Shown: in pieces, positions 1 to 9,970 of the stretch | Layout of the letters: each line of letters begins with the position of its first letter | Position numbering within the stretch: position 1 is the first letter of the stretch | Assembly (NCBI GenBank): GCA_009859145.1 | Contig: VRVR01000017.1 | Coordinates: 207,428-271,427 of the forward strand | Direction: 5' to 3' | Source of the DNA: Andalucia godoyi And28 | Taxonomy: Eukaryota; Protista; Jakobida | Length of the DNA stretch: 64,000 bases | Notes under the pieces: generated by a model | The model's database searches: none | What the model was told of the DNA's origin: nothing | The model's input: only the letters and a program-made list of their open reading frames with translations | Program-made: the position numbers and the translations under genes

Positions 1-93
1 AGAGAGAGAGAGAGAGAAAGGAAAGAAAAAGAAGGATTAGTTGTAAAAATAAACGACATGCTGATGCTCATCAAAAACTTGAACTGGACATAC

Positions 94-775
94 TGAGAAA
101 CGAAAACCTCTTCGTGGGATCACACAAGTACACATCGGGGCGAAGAAGCTGATAGAGGTCCTTGTCTGCACTGAGCATCACAACGCAAGGTCCATCCTCG
201 CCCAAACCGTCCGTATCGCCTTGGTATTTGGCCAGGGTTGATCGCGGAGAGTGGTTCATTGCAAGTTTCGCGTATGTCGCAAGCAGGTCATCCGCCTCGT
301 ACCCGGCAACGGTCACCCATTGAATGCCCAGAATTCGCTCACACTGCTGCCGAACCTTGAATAGCGTTTCTTTAAATTCTACGTCATTATCATCAACCGT
401 CAGCTCAGCATCTATGTTGCCCGTGTTTTGAACCATTGTGTCAAGCGCATCATTCCCCAACATGCTCACTGCAGACGCACTTTCAAACGACCGCTTGCTG
501 GTTGCCACTCCAGAGTGTCGGACTGCTTTGTACTGCGGATCAATCAGCTTTCGAAAGTAACTTCGTTGCGGATCGTCCTGCAAAATTGCCATGTAAGAAG
601 GGCCAAGAGCTTCGGCAAGCCCTCGGATTCTCGAAATGATATTTCGTGAGCAACGAATCGGATCATGCGGCTTCAGAGCTTCATAAAATCGACGAACCAT
701 TAGGTTTCCATCAAACAACAGCGTCAGACACTTGTTCCGCATCGGCGGTGGCCTCACCAACATCGGAAACGACAT
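94..775 (-). CDS. PolI-type 5'-3' exonuclease (PIN/FEN-like 5' nuclease domain), first exon only; gene continues past the left window edge
   Basis: Motifs LLFDGNLMVRRFY, GYEADDLLATYAK and MLSADKDLYQL match the bacterial DNA Pol I 5' nuclease pattern. First ATG is at 775. A GTATGT donor at 93-88 precedes the apparent stop at 71 and is followed by a pyrimidine/(CT)n tract, so the ORF-track C-terminus is probably intron. Confidence 0.85.
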
Positions 776-1223
776 TTCCCCAGCTCGACCGTCTCCGTCA
801 CAGATGTAACACAAACAAAACAAAGAAACAAAGAGAGGAAAAGAAAAGCAGATTTTTCATTGAAGTGAAACACCAGACTCGTTGAAATATATATATATAT
901 AAATTACAACCTCAAGTTTCTTTTTGTTTGTTTAATTGGAGTCTTGGACTGCCACCCATTTGAATAAAACAAGAGATGTTCGATAGCCGTTCCCAACGTG
1001 CCACAGCAAAATAAATAAATAAATATATATATATATATATATAATTTAAATTTAAAAAATGAAGGATGATGAATGCCCTCTGGACGCCTGACAACAACAA
1101 CTCCTTGAGGAAATGGTCGGCATCTTTTGAATTCAACTTTGTAGAAGCGCCCCGCGAAGGCACGACGGCAATCAAACGGTAACCTGGACTGGTCATTGGC
1201 CACAGGCCACGGTTTGTTTTGGA

Positions 1224-1796
1224 TCAGCGTGTAGGATAGAGAATCTGGACGGTCTGATCATCCTTGTGCACCGTAATGCCCCTTGATTGCAGAGTGTGCA
1301 TCATCAGCTGCTCCTGCTCAAGAGCATCCACAACAGCATGTCTAGGAACGCTCCACACTGCTACCAACCCATCCAGATCCGCCGCCGCGTCATTTCCACT
1401 GCCTTTCTTTTGCACAGATACGTGGCCCGCTGAGGACGCGGTCACTGAGTTTGCACTGTGTCCACTGGACTGTGAGAACGCATACGGAAGCAGCACCTTC
1501 TCGGCCCACACGTCGTCTCCTGGCCCAAGAACCTGTGCCAGCTGTCTTGAAACCCGGGTCTGTAAAATCCTCGAAGCCTCTGCTGAAAGATCAGAATCGC
1601 GAATCAGCAACGGCCCCGAACCTCCAACCGCCGCCGCCGTTGTTTCTTCTTTTTTTGGACGCGCTGATAACGTTGCCGGCGAAGACGACTGGAAAAACAC
1701 TGCATTGGCACGACGGGCAAAGGCCGCAACAATCGTGAAGAGCACCGAGGAAGGAACAATAAACTGGAGATACTTTACGAATTCTCCAGCCGACAT
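1224..1796 (-). CDS. Hypothetical protein, 190 aa
   Basis: ATG-initiated ORF with coding-like composition and an AT-rich spacer upstream, divergent from the 2108 gene. No recognisable motif. Confidence 0.6.
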   Translation of the reverse strand: MSAGEFVKYLQFIVPSSVLFTIVAAFARRANAVFFQSSSPATLSARPKKEETTAAAVGGSGPLLIRDSDLSAEASRILQTRVSRQLAQVLGPGDDVWAEKVLLPYAFSQSSGHSANSVTASSAGHVSVQKKGSGNDAAADLDGLVAVWSVPRHAVVDALEQEQLMMHTLQSRGITVHKDDQTVQILYPTR

Positions 1797-2107
1797 GCTC
1801 GATTCCCAACCATGAAACCAATATTAAAAAAAACCCTGCAAAATCCCTTAATTTCTCTTCCTTTTTTCCTAAAAGCTTCAAAGCAAAAGCACTTCTGTAT
1901 TTCCATGGTTTTGGGTTTTCTTGGACTCAACTCAAGTAACTTGTTTTGTTGTTGTTGTTGTTGTTGCTGCTAGCTGTCTACAGTCGGCCTTCATGTTCCA
2001 CGTCTCCGTTTCAGAGTGTGCAATTTTTTAAATATTTTTTTCAATTTTGTTTCTCGTTTCGCGCTTCAGACTTGTGTGGTGCACGAGGCTTTGAGGCGCG
2101 GTTATGA

Positions 2108-3559
2108 ATGAACGATGGCCAATTTCGCCTTCTGAGCATACTGGTGCGAAAGGACAATCATTTTTCCGAGTTTCGCGCACATATCGAGAGCGATCCACCG
2201 GAAACGAAGGACCAGTTTGCATTTCGGTTGTCTCAGTTCCAGCAATCTCGAGTCCGTTTGCAGTACTGGGAAGCTGCATTTCCATTCCAGCGGCTCTTTC
2301 CAACGTATGAATTATATGCAGAATTCTCAAAGTATGTGGAGGACCGCGCGGAAATGTGTGGGCAGCAGGAAGACCAGCGAAAAATAACGAGTTTGATGCA
2401 GAGTGCAGACGACACGACACTGGTTTCGTATGTTGAGTATGCATGTAGTTTGGTCGACTCGTTTCTGTCCATGTCCAATGCATATGAGATTCATATGGAG
2501 CTTCCTGTTGATGTTGCCTCTGAAGACTGGAAAGGGTTTCTGGACGGCTGGAGTCCCGTATGGTCTAATCTTGTGCTCCAGCGGATACTTTCAAGCGACT
2601 ACGAAGTTTCCGATATTGCCTCGCTGTCTTTCTTCCCGCAGGTGTTTCCAGTTGTTCGAAACGCAGTGGAGGCGTTTCGGAGCAATAGGGTCTTTGAGAA
2701 CCCCAGCGACGTCGCCCATGCCGCCGAGCAGATTACTCTCGGAAAGATGCATGCTGCGATCGACTCTTTCTTCGCGTCACTGACCGAGTCTGAGGACGAT
2801 AGCGAGGATGAGGATAGGGACGAGGGTGTACATTTCCCTGGAAATCAGAGTGAGCTTATGGAGACGCTTGGAGATCTTGTTGTTGACAGCGATTCCATCA
2901 GGGAGATCAAAAAGAATACGTTCCGGTCTTTAATGAAGGGTGATCTCTCACAGTTGTTTATGGCATACGCGTTCCCCCTGTCGCTCCACCACCGTCACCA
3001 TCACAACTCGCAACAGCATCACTCGCTCTCCAAAACGAGCCTATCGCGTATTGACGACGACGCCGCGCAAGAAACGTCCGGACACTTGCTGTCGTTTGCT
3101 GCAATGCAGACGCCGTCCTCCATTTGGGAACTGGCATCTCGGGAAGCTGACCGAGTATGCGAACAATGGAGTGTCAGATTGGAGCGGCGAGCGGTTGATG
3201 ACTTGGTTTCCACAATGACGTCGATTGCAAGCGAACCAGACTCCCTTTACTCAGCGGAGGCGTCTATCCAAGATGCTCTTGACTGGGAAGCGAATCGCGG
3301 CTCCATCAGAGAGGGCATTCTCCAAATGGCTCGTGATCGTGTCTCAATGCTGCGAGAATCCGTGCTTGCGACTCTTGCAAAGGTCCAACGGATTGACAGC
3401 AAGCTTTTGCGTCCATTTGTGCATTTCGACGTTCTGCTGCTTTGTGCAGTGGCCGAAGAAGTCCAGCGGCGCAACGTCGGACCCCTCACGTTGGAATCCG
3501 TCTTGTTCTTTCCTCACGTTCCAATCTCCTGGAGGTCCTATCGCATCTCCCACGAGTAA
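2108..3559 (+). CDS. Hypothetical protein, 483 aa, predicted mostly helical with an acidic patch
   Basis: Long uninterrupted ORF with normal amino-acid composition; no family recognised. Confidence 0.8.
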   Translation: MNDGQFRLLSILVRKDNHFSEFRAHIESDPPETKDQFAFRLSQFQQSRVRLQYWEAAFPFQRLFPTYELYAEFSKYVEDRAEMCGQQEDQRKITSLMQSADDTTLVSYVEYACSLVDSFLSMSNAYEIHMELPVDVASEDWKGFLDGWSPVWSNLVLQRILSSDYEVSDIASLSFFPQVFPVVRNAVEAFRSNRVFENPSDVAHAAEQITLGKMHAAIDSFFASLTESEDDSEDEDRDEGVHFPGNQSELMETLGDLVVDSDSIREIKKNTFRSLMKGDLSQLFMAYAFPLSLHHRHHHNSQQHHSLSKTSLSRIDDDAAQETSGHLLSFAAMQTPSSIWELASREADRVCEQWSVRLERRAVDDLVSTMTSIASEPDSLYSAEASIQDALDWEANRGSIREGILQMARDRVSMLRESVLATLAKVQRIDSKLLRPFVHFDVLLLCAVAEEVQRRNVGPLTLESVLFFPHVPISWRSYRISHE

Positions 3560-3708
3560 GGCAGGAGGGAGCCGACCACCGTTGACCGTTGACAAGCAAG
3601 TCGCATAAAGCCTGGCCACATCTCGTTTTCTGCATGTGTTCCCAACTTGTCATCCATTTCAGACATTACCTTTTCCATTCGCCTTTTTCATTTCACGCCA
3701 GCCCGTCG

Positions 3709-4143
3709 TCATTCCGATGCCCGGCTTGCGGGGGCACGTCTGGATCGAGGGTGGAAGGGTGCGCGAACGCTTCGGCTTACTGAGCTCAGCCACACTTCTG
3801 GATTGAACTGAATCCACTTTTCGGTTCTGATGCGAGACTGCACATCCGGATGGTCAGCAATGTGTGCCGCGTTAGTAGTGCAAGCGTTTAACAACAATCG
3901 AATTAGAACCAGTCTGGTTTGGACTGCTTTTCTTTTCGTATTAGGGCACACCCATTTAAATGAATGCAGGGATTCCCAGGAACGGGAGGCGTGAAATGTC
4001 CGTTCAATCTTCATGAGTGCCTCACGAGAGGACTCCAGCTCGCTTGCACTGGGAATACCGCGTGGATTCCGACACAAGAGCCGCGGTCGGGCATCGTGCA
4101 GATCGGGATGGCGCAGCCGCTCTCGGAGCGCAGCTTTCACCAC
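3709..4143 (-). CDS. Uncertain ORF, 144 codons (spliced exon, TE-derived or spurious)
   Basis: Stop-free frame starting at GTG directly after TAG, which could be a splice acceptor. No early ATG and no confident family. Confidence 0.3.
   Translation of the reverse strand: MVKAALRERLRHPDLHDARPRLLCRNPRGIPSASELESSREALMKIERTFHASRSWESLHSFKWVCPNTKRKAVQTRLVLIRLLLNACTTNAAHIADHPDVQSRIRTEKWIQFNPEVWLSSVSRSVRAPFHPRSRRAPASRASE
3712..3816 (+). mobile_element. Short relic of a TnpB/Fanzor2 C-terminus (Zn-ribbon end plus RuvC-III)
   Basis: Reads F-R-C-P-A-C-G-G-T, then after a 1-nt frameshift L-D-R-G-W-K-G-A-R (3712-3766). This parallels CPSCKCTLDRDWNGAR in the 59 kb relic. A 6-bp hairpin TGGATT/AATCCA follows at 3799-3816. 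Confidence 0.6.
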
Positions 4144-4698
4144 CTACACCATCGGGTTCCGAAAATGTGCAAGTATGAAACCGACAACGTGTGGCGAAGT
4201 GTGAGGAGGATGTGGTGCCAAATAAAAAAGGTGAAACATCAAAAATACGAACACAGCAGTGTTTTATTCAATATTTTATTTGACACAACGAAGTCCAAGG
4301 TGAAACGGGAGAAAGGGAAAAAGAAAAAAGGGAATGGGTTCAGCAAACAAAATCCAAGGGACGAGAGCCAGCGGATAACAGGCAAAAGGGAAAGGAAACG
4401 AGAGAGAAACGGAAAAGAAGACCGATTTGAGGAATTGCTGGAATTTCTGAATTGAATCTTATGGAAGCGCTCTTATTGATCCTTTGTTGTGGTTTTTTTA
4501 ATATTAATTGATTAAAGTGTTTGCTGGCTTTTTTTTTTTGTGTGTGTCATGAAGAACCAGTAGACAAGGATTTCTGCCACTCAATTCGCAGACGATAGTC
4601 GTACATGTCCTTTAATGATTTTTGTTCATGCGTTTCGATCAATGTCGTGAGAAACAGTACGTTGAATAGATTTAATTGAATCTTGATTTTTGTTTTGC

Positions 4699-6630
4699 AT
4701 GAGCACGATATTTGCGCTTTCGTCGGCTGCGGGACGATCTGCTGTGGCCATTGTTCGAATTTCGGGTCCCAAAGCGCTGGATGCTTTGCAGATGATTACC
4801 CGAAAGCCCGTCAAGCTGGGACATCGGTTCAGTAGCCACTTACTCCTCTCTGGCCACTCGTCTTCGAAGCGTCGGCCTTTGACACCGAACCACAGCAGCT
4901 TGCACACCAAAGAAGGCGTTCCAGCTGCTAGCGACTTGCCTTGTGTGTCGTTTGTGCCTCGAATGATGACAAGTGTGTCCGTTCACGATATTCAACAGAG
5001 CTCGCAGTGCGCGACGGACGATTCTATGGACACGTTTCTCATTGATCATCACGCTCTGGCAGTTTACTTTCCAGGTCCGCAGACCGCGACTGGCGAAGAT
5101 GTGGCGGAATTGCATGTGCATGGGTCAAGGGCCGTGATTTCTGCGTGTCTGTCCTGCCTTTTGAGGATCCCAGAGCTTAAGCCTGCCGAGCCAGGGGAGT
5201 TTACGCGTCGGGCACTGCTGAATGGAAAGCTGGATCTTGCACAGGCCGAGGCGCTGGCAGACTTGCTGCAGTCTGACACGCGGTTGCAGCTGCAGCAATC
5301 TGTTCAAGGTGCTGCAGGAGCGCTGTCTCGACGAATCTATAGCTGGAGAGCAGTGATTTCCGACTGCACGGCACATTTGCAGGCGCTGATCGATTTCGCA
5401 GACGATGACACGAACGCAGTGCCGCAGAACCTACTTTCGACATCCATTGTTCCGCGATTAAAGCATCTGTATGCAGAGATGGAGCATGTGATGCGAGTGT
5501 CGAGCGCAAATGCACCAATGGTCCGTGACGGCGTGAGTGTTGCACTGATCGGAGCGCCCAATGCTGGAAAATCATCCCTTTTAAATAGGCTGACAGGAAC
5601 GTCTGCGTCGATTGTGAGTCCGATTGCTGGCACAACGAGAGACGTCGTTTCGGTGACTGTGGATGTGGAGGGATTTCTGGTTACCTTTATGGACACAGCT
5701 GGAATTCGGGAGACGTTTTCCGATGAAGTTGAGCGGCAGGGCGTTGAACGTGCGAGAAACACAGCCAAGAGTGCACAGATATTGATCATGGTTCTTGATG
5801 TTGCCGAGATGCATGCTAAGGGAATTACGGACGCCAGCGAAGCACATGAAGTTTGGAATGTGCTGCAGGATGCACTTCGAGAACGATGGAGGCACTTCGA
5901 CTCCCAAGCAACGTCATCCTCTTCGGAATCGCCGGGCGGTGTTGCATCATTGGGAACTCATTCCTATTTGCAAACAATGGTCATTTTTAACAAGATGGAT
6001 CTGGTTGCAGACGTGGATTCCGTCGTGTTTCGCGACGACTGGAAGAAGAGCGCACAACGTGCTGTCGCCTCCGTGTATCGAGAGCGACTACCAGATGCCG
6101 GCGCCTCTGCACCATCGGATCGGCAGCAACAACTGCGTACAATTCAACAAGAACTGGAAGCACAAGGCGAACTAACCGTGTTTTTTGTCTCTTGCGATCA
6201 GTCTAATAGCGTGAATAGCAGCAACGGTGGCAAGACTGGCGGTGGCAACAGCACGGCTGGAGCTGGAACAAAACGAAGAGAAGATGGAGCCGGAGTTGGA
6301 GTTGGATTTGGGAGCGAAAGTGACGGAGTGGATGCGGTTCTGTCTGGACTTGGGAGTGTGCTGCGTCAGGTGATTGCAGACTGCGGAATGTACGCTGGAG
6401 CCAATGCAGTGCTGCTTACCCGCGAGCGGCACCGGTTCCACGTCAGCGAAGCTCTGCATCACCTGTCTCGGTTCATGCATCGTGCAGCATTCAGAACTGC
6501 GTCCCAGGACCTGGACCTTCTCGCAGAAGACCTGCGCCTCGCAGCCCTCGAGCTCGGACATATCACTACCACCGTGCGCGTGGAGGAAGTTCTCGACAAG
6601 ATCTTTTCCCAGTTCTGCATCGGCAAGTGA
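4699..6630 (+). CDS. mnmE: tRNA modification GTPase MnmE/TrmE (GTPBP3/MSS1 orthologue)
   Basis: N-terminal TIFALSS..GRSAVAIVRISGP, TGEDVAELHVHG, FTRRALLNGKLDLAQAEALADLL; G motifs GAPNAGKSSLLN, GTTRDVV, DTAGIR, NKMD; C-terminal IFSQFCIGK. ATG at 4699. Confidence 0.97.
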   Translation: MSTIFALSSAAGRSAVAIVRISGPKALDALQMITRKPVKLGHRFSSHLLLSGHSSSKRRPLTPNHSSLHTKEGVPAASDLPCVSFVPRMMTSVSVHDIQQSSQCATDDSMDTFLIDHHALAVYFPGPQTATGEDVAELHVHGSRAVISACLSCLLRIPELKPAEPGEFTRRALLNGKLDLAQAEALADLLQSDTRLQLQQSVQGAAGALSRRIYSWRAVISDCTAHLQALIDFADDDTNAVPQNLLSTSIVPRLKHLYAEMEHVMRVSSANAPMVRDGVSVALIGAPNAGKSSLLNRLTGTSASIVSPIAGTTRDVVSVTVDVEGFLVTFMDTAGIRETFSDEVERQGVERARNTAKSAQILIMVLDVAEMHAKGITDASEAHEVWNVLQDALRERWRHFDSQATSSSSESPGGVASLGTHSYLQTMVIFNKMDLVADVDSVVFRDDWKKSAQRAVASVYRERLPDAGASAPSDRQQQLRTIQQELEAQGELTVFFVSCDQSNSVNSSNGGKTGGGNSTAGAGTKRREDGAGVGVGFGSESDGVDAVLSGLGSVLRQVIADCGMYAGANAVLLTRERHRFHVSEALHHLSRFMHRAAFRTASQDLDLLAEDLRLAALELGHITTTVRVEEVLDKIFSQFCIGK

Positions 6631-6819
6631 TAAGAGTGGTAGGAAGAGGATGGAATGGAATGAGATGATAAAATCGAATCGAACTTTACAATTGAAAGAA
6701 TACCGCTATATATCTTTTCTTCTTCTTCTCTTTCCTTTCGTTATTATTTCGCTGTCCACATGACCGTTGCAAATATCTGTACATCCATAATCGGAGGTTC
6801 TGCGTGACACGGGAAAACA

Positions 6820-8637
6820 TTACTCATCGGATTCCCGAGTGGAGCGCGATCTCTCGAGTCCATCCCAGACCTTGTTTACCGGGACTCGCTCTCCCCCAAG
6901 AGCTCTTTCCTGTGCCCGCCCCACCGCTTCTGCAAATTCGAATTCTTCCTCGATCCCAGTAGCCGACGATGAAGACGAGGATGAAGTTCCGGTAGCCCTT
7001 CTTCTCTGCGCCACCAACAGCCCGACAGCCTCGGGAGAAAAGGCATCGCAGAAGCCCTCTGGTGCCGCATCTCTGATTCTTGCCACGTCTGCCTGAGCCC
7101 AGAATGCAGGGACTTCGCCCGTCATTGCTGCATAGTGGAATGCAAGAAGCACTGCACATGATGCAAAGTGACGGGCAGTCAGCCGGTGCGGAAGCTTGGT
7201 GATGACCTCTGAGTGCGGATGGTTGTGGGGATCTGTGATAAATGCGCGCTGCGCAGCTGAGCACCGCTCCAGAAGAACTCGTCGCGCATCTCGGAAGCGG
7301 AATCTTCGAGGAAGCTTGAAGTATCCAACGAGCTCCGTCTGTGTGTGATACGACTCGGGCGACGCAACCGTCGAAAGCAACGTGCTTCCAGTTCCATCCG
7401 GATGGGCGGGAGTATGCGCATGCGCGGGCATATCACCAGCCCCAGATGTCGGCACAGATGCAGAGGCATCGAGAGGGGGCGACTGTGGCTGCTTTCTGGA
7501 AGGAGTCCCGGAAATACCAAGCGAATGCACAATTTTCCCCTTTTTCATCGGTACAATCCTTTCCGGATGTTGGACACTCGCTGGTGGCAACAACGCTGAC
7601 GACGATGAAAACAGCGACGGTGGCAAGCGCAGCGATGGCATATCGTCTGCCCGAAATCGCTTGGCAGGCAACGGCAGCGACGGCGAGACCGCTAATGATT
7701 GCCCATATCCAACAGGGAGGCTCGATTTCGTGTGATAATAATAGTAGTTGGATTGGGGACCAGCATTGGACAGAGAAAGATCCTCCATCGGCCGCTTTCG
7801 TGATGATGCCGGTGCAAACGAATGTCCAATCAGAACCGGTGACGCATGGTGATGCTGCTGCTGTTCTGCCGCTGCCAATGAAGAAACCAGCGACGGAGGT
7901 GGAACAGGATGTGAGACGGGAAGCATCAGCGGTGACGAAAACGACTCGGGTGCACTTTGCTGGTGCTGGTGCTGGTGTTGTTGGTGGTGTTGGGGATGTT
8001 GATGATGAGGAGGAGCAGACAGATGCGCGTGGTGCGGATAGTGAACTGCATGCGAATGGAGTGCAGATGTTGAAGACGACGAAGACGACGAAAGCGAAGA
8101 AGAAGAAGGCGACGCCTGATGCTGCTGTTCCGATGATGGTGGCGCGAAAGAAGATGACGATGCAGGAAGATGCGAGATGAGCCGTTTGATCTTGTCGTGC
8201 AGCTGTCGAGACACGCTCAGAGCATCAAATGCCGGATCTGGCGAATGAAACTGCTGCTGCTGCTGCTGTTGTTGTTGTTGTTGCTGCTGCAGTTGATGGT
8301 GACGGTGAGAGTGATGAGGCTGATGAGACGGATATTGTGACGGGGGATACGCATATGTATTGGTCCACTCGTCGCCCATCAGCGGCATCGCCATTGGCAT
8401 TCCTGAGTAATGGGTATTATACGTCGCGCCCAATGCCGGCAATGCAGAAACAGCAGAAGAAGAAGAGGAAGAAGAAGCGGAGGACGAGGACGACTGTGGA
8501 AGAGGAGGGGGAGGAATGGGATAGTACACCGGAGCAGAAGACTGAGACTGCGATGCAGACACAGATACCTGGGACTGCGGCGCCGGCGTGCCATAGAGAG
8601 GGGACGCAAACCGCGCAGGAGGATAGACTTTGTGCAT
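6820..8637 (-). CDS. Low-complexity S/Q/H/P-rich protein with a small C-terminal globular domain
   Basis: 605-codon ORF from ATG to TAA with poly-S, poly-Q and His runs; ordered-looking segment GYFKLPRRF...LLVAQRRR near the C-terminus. Confidence 0.8.
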   Translation of the reverse strand: MHKVYPPARFASPLYGTPAPQSQVSVSASQSQSSAPVYYPIPPPPLPQSSSSSASSSSSSSAVSALPALGATYNTHYSGMPMAMPLMGDEWTNTYAYPPSQYPSHQPHHSHRHHQLQQQQQQQQQQQQQFHSPDPAFDALSVSRQLHDKIKRLISHLPASSSSFAPPSSEQQHQASPSSSSLSSSSSSSTSALHSHAVHYPHHAHLSAPPHHQHPQHHQQHQHQHQQSAPESFSSPLMLPVSHPVPPPSLVSSLAAAEQQQHHHASPVLIGHSFAPASSRKRPMEDLSLSNAGPQSNYYYYHTKSSLPVGYGQSLAVSPSLPLPAKRFRADDMPSLRLPPSLFSSSSALLPPASVQHPERIVPMKKGKIVHSLGISGTPSRKQPQSPPLDASASVPTSGAGDMPAHAHTPAHPDGTGSTLLSTVASPESYHTQTELVGYFKLPRRFRFRDARRVLLERCSAAQRAFITDPHNHPHSEVITKLPHRLTARHFASCAVLLAFHYAAMTGEVPAFWAQADVARIRDAAPEGFCDAFSPEAVGLLVAQRRRATGTSSSSSSSATGIEEEFEFAEAVGRAQERALGGERVPVNKVWDGLERSRSTRESDE

Positions 8638-9659
8638 GACTTGACTTGATTTGACGGGGAGTTCAGATGCGGTTAGACGTCGGATTATTCAGAGCGCGGA
8701 AAATGCACAGATAGCAATCGTAATGGAGAAGAGAGAGCCTGGTGGATTATAAAAAGCAAATTAGCACACGTCAAGATATTAGAATTCCCGAATAATTAAA
8801 AAAGAGTTGTTTTTCAATTATTAGAATAAAATAAATAAAAAAGAAGAAGAAGAAGAAAATAATAAAATGAAAAGAAAAAATAATAAAATGATGGTTCGGA
8901 TGTTTGCGGGGGTTTGAGAAAAGCCACGTATCCGAATGCGAAACTGACAAACAACAGTGATGATGATGATTCGTGCGCCGGGCGGGTATTGCAGAACTTG
9001 CGACGTCGGGAAAAAGCGGGGATATAATAATGGTTGAGGGGGATTCGTCATGGGTTGTGTGACACGGTTCAAGTGACCTCAGAAAATAATCGGAGGTTAG
9101 CACCCGGATTTTCCCGCCGATTCTTAACATACGACGGCAACTAACGGACTATTCTCCCCCTTTTCTTTTTTGCGGTTCTAAACATCCTTTCTGCTCCTCA
9201 GCCAACAAAAAATAAAATACACCGCGCTCTTCCTAGCACACAATCTCACCACAATCCAACACAATTGGAGGCCGCAGAAGAAAACACAAAGGAACAATTT
9301 GAAAGGGAAAAAAACAAAACAACGACAAGCAAAAAAGGAAAAAGAAGGTGCAACAGCAAGTGAAGAAACATACAGCTACGGAGGGGAAAACGAAAGGCTC
9401 GGTCTCGGAAACAAATCAGAAAATTAGACGATCCAAAATAGACAATGATCGCAGAATATCTGCCAAGGAGACAGCAGACAGAAAGATAACGGGAGGGGGG
9501 CAAAAAATAAATAAAAACTGATTATCCAGAAGAGGGGGAAAAAAAAAGGAAAAAAGAAGAGGAAGAAAGAGAGAGAAAAAAGGGGAAAAAATGGAATACA
9601 AGTCGAGTACGAAACCAGTTGAAGGAAATGCAAGTTTTGACGTGCGAATCGAAGCGCAC

Positions 9660-9970
9660 AAGTTGCACTTGCACAAAGTCCCCGGTCTGAGCAAAACCCC
9701 GATGCACGACGGGCAGACTCGATCCGCTTACTTTCCGCTTACGGGCCGATTTGTCACACTCGACGCACTTGACGTGATGGTTTGTCCGATCGGAACCATC
9801 ATTCCATCACTGCAGCTCGCATTCTCCAGTACAAGTGCAGATTGTGTGCAACAGCAGTGCGGGGTGAAAAGGATCCGCACGCTGCACGCTGTACAGTGCG
9901 AACGCGCAGTTGCTTTCGTATTCTTTTGTGCACTTTCCGCAAAGGACAGTTTTCCTCGTGCATCCAGCAG
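9660..9970 (-). mobile_element. Degenerate TnpB/Fanzor2 C-terminal relic
   Basis: Across several frameshifts the minus strand gives, in the expected order: RVLL, KRIRK-ATAR-SH (9927-9896), F-x3-LLLH (about 9850), TS(K)-CVEC (9775-9756), KVSGS, CPSC (9715-9704), GFCSDR (DR at 9687). Confidence 0.6.

Noticed and set aside
3801-3810. GATTGAACTG shared between the downstream flanks of the 3.7 kb and 43 kb relics (about 42640-42649)
   Set aside because: A single 10-mer at very different distances from the ORF end; compatible with chance.
7341-8180. 279-aa plus-strand ORF, and similar long ORFs at 15620-16399, 29354-30067, 40574-41260, 49331-50071, 55240-55968, 60314-61012
   Set aside because: Antisense shadows of well-supported genes on the opposite strand; no motifs of their own.
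8955-8975. GTGATGA C-box-like motif
   Set aside because: Part of a (TGA)n repeat; no matching D box or terminal stem nearby.
9066-9074. GGTTCAAGT resembling a tRNA T-loop
   Set aside because: Flanks do not form a T-stem, and no acceptor or D arms are present.
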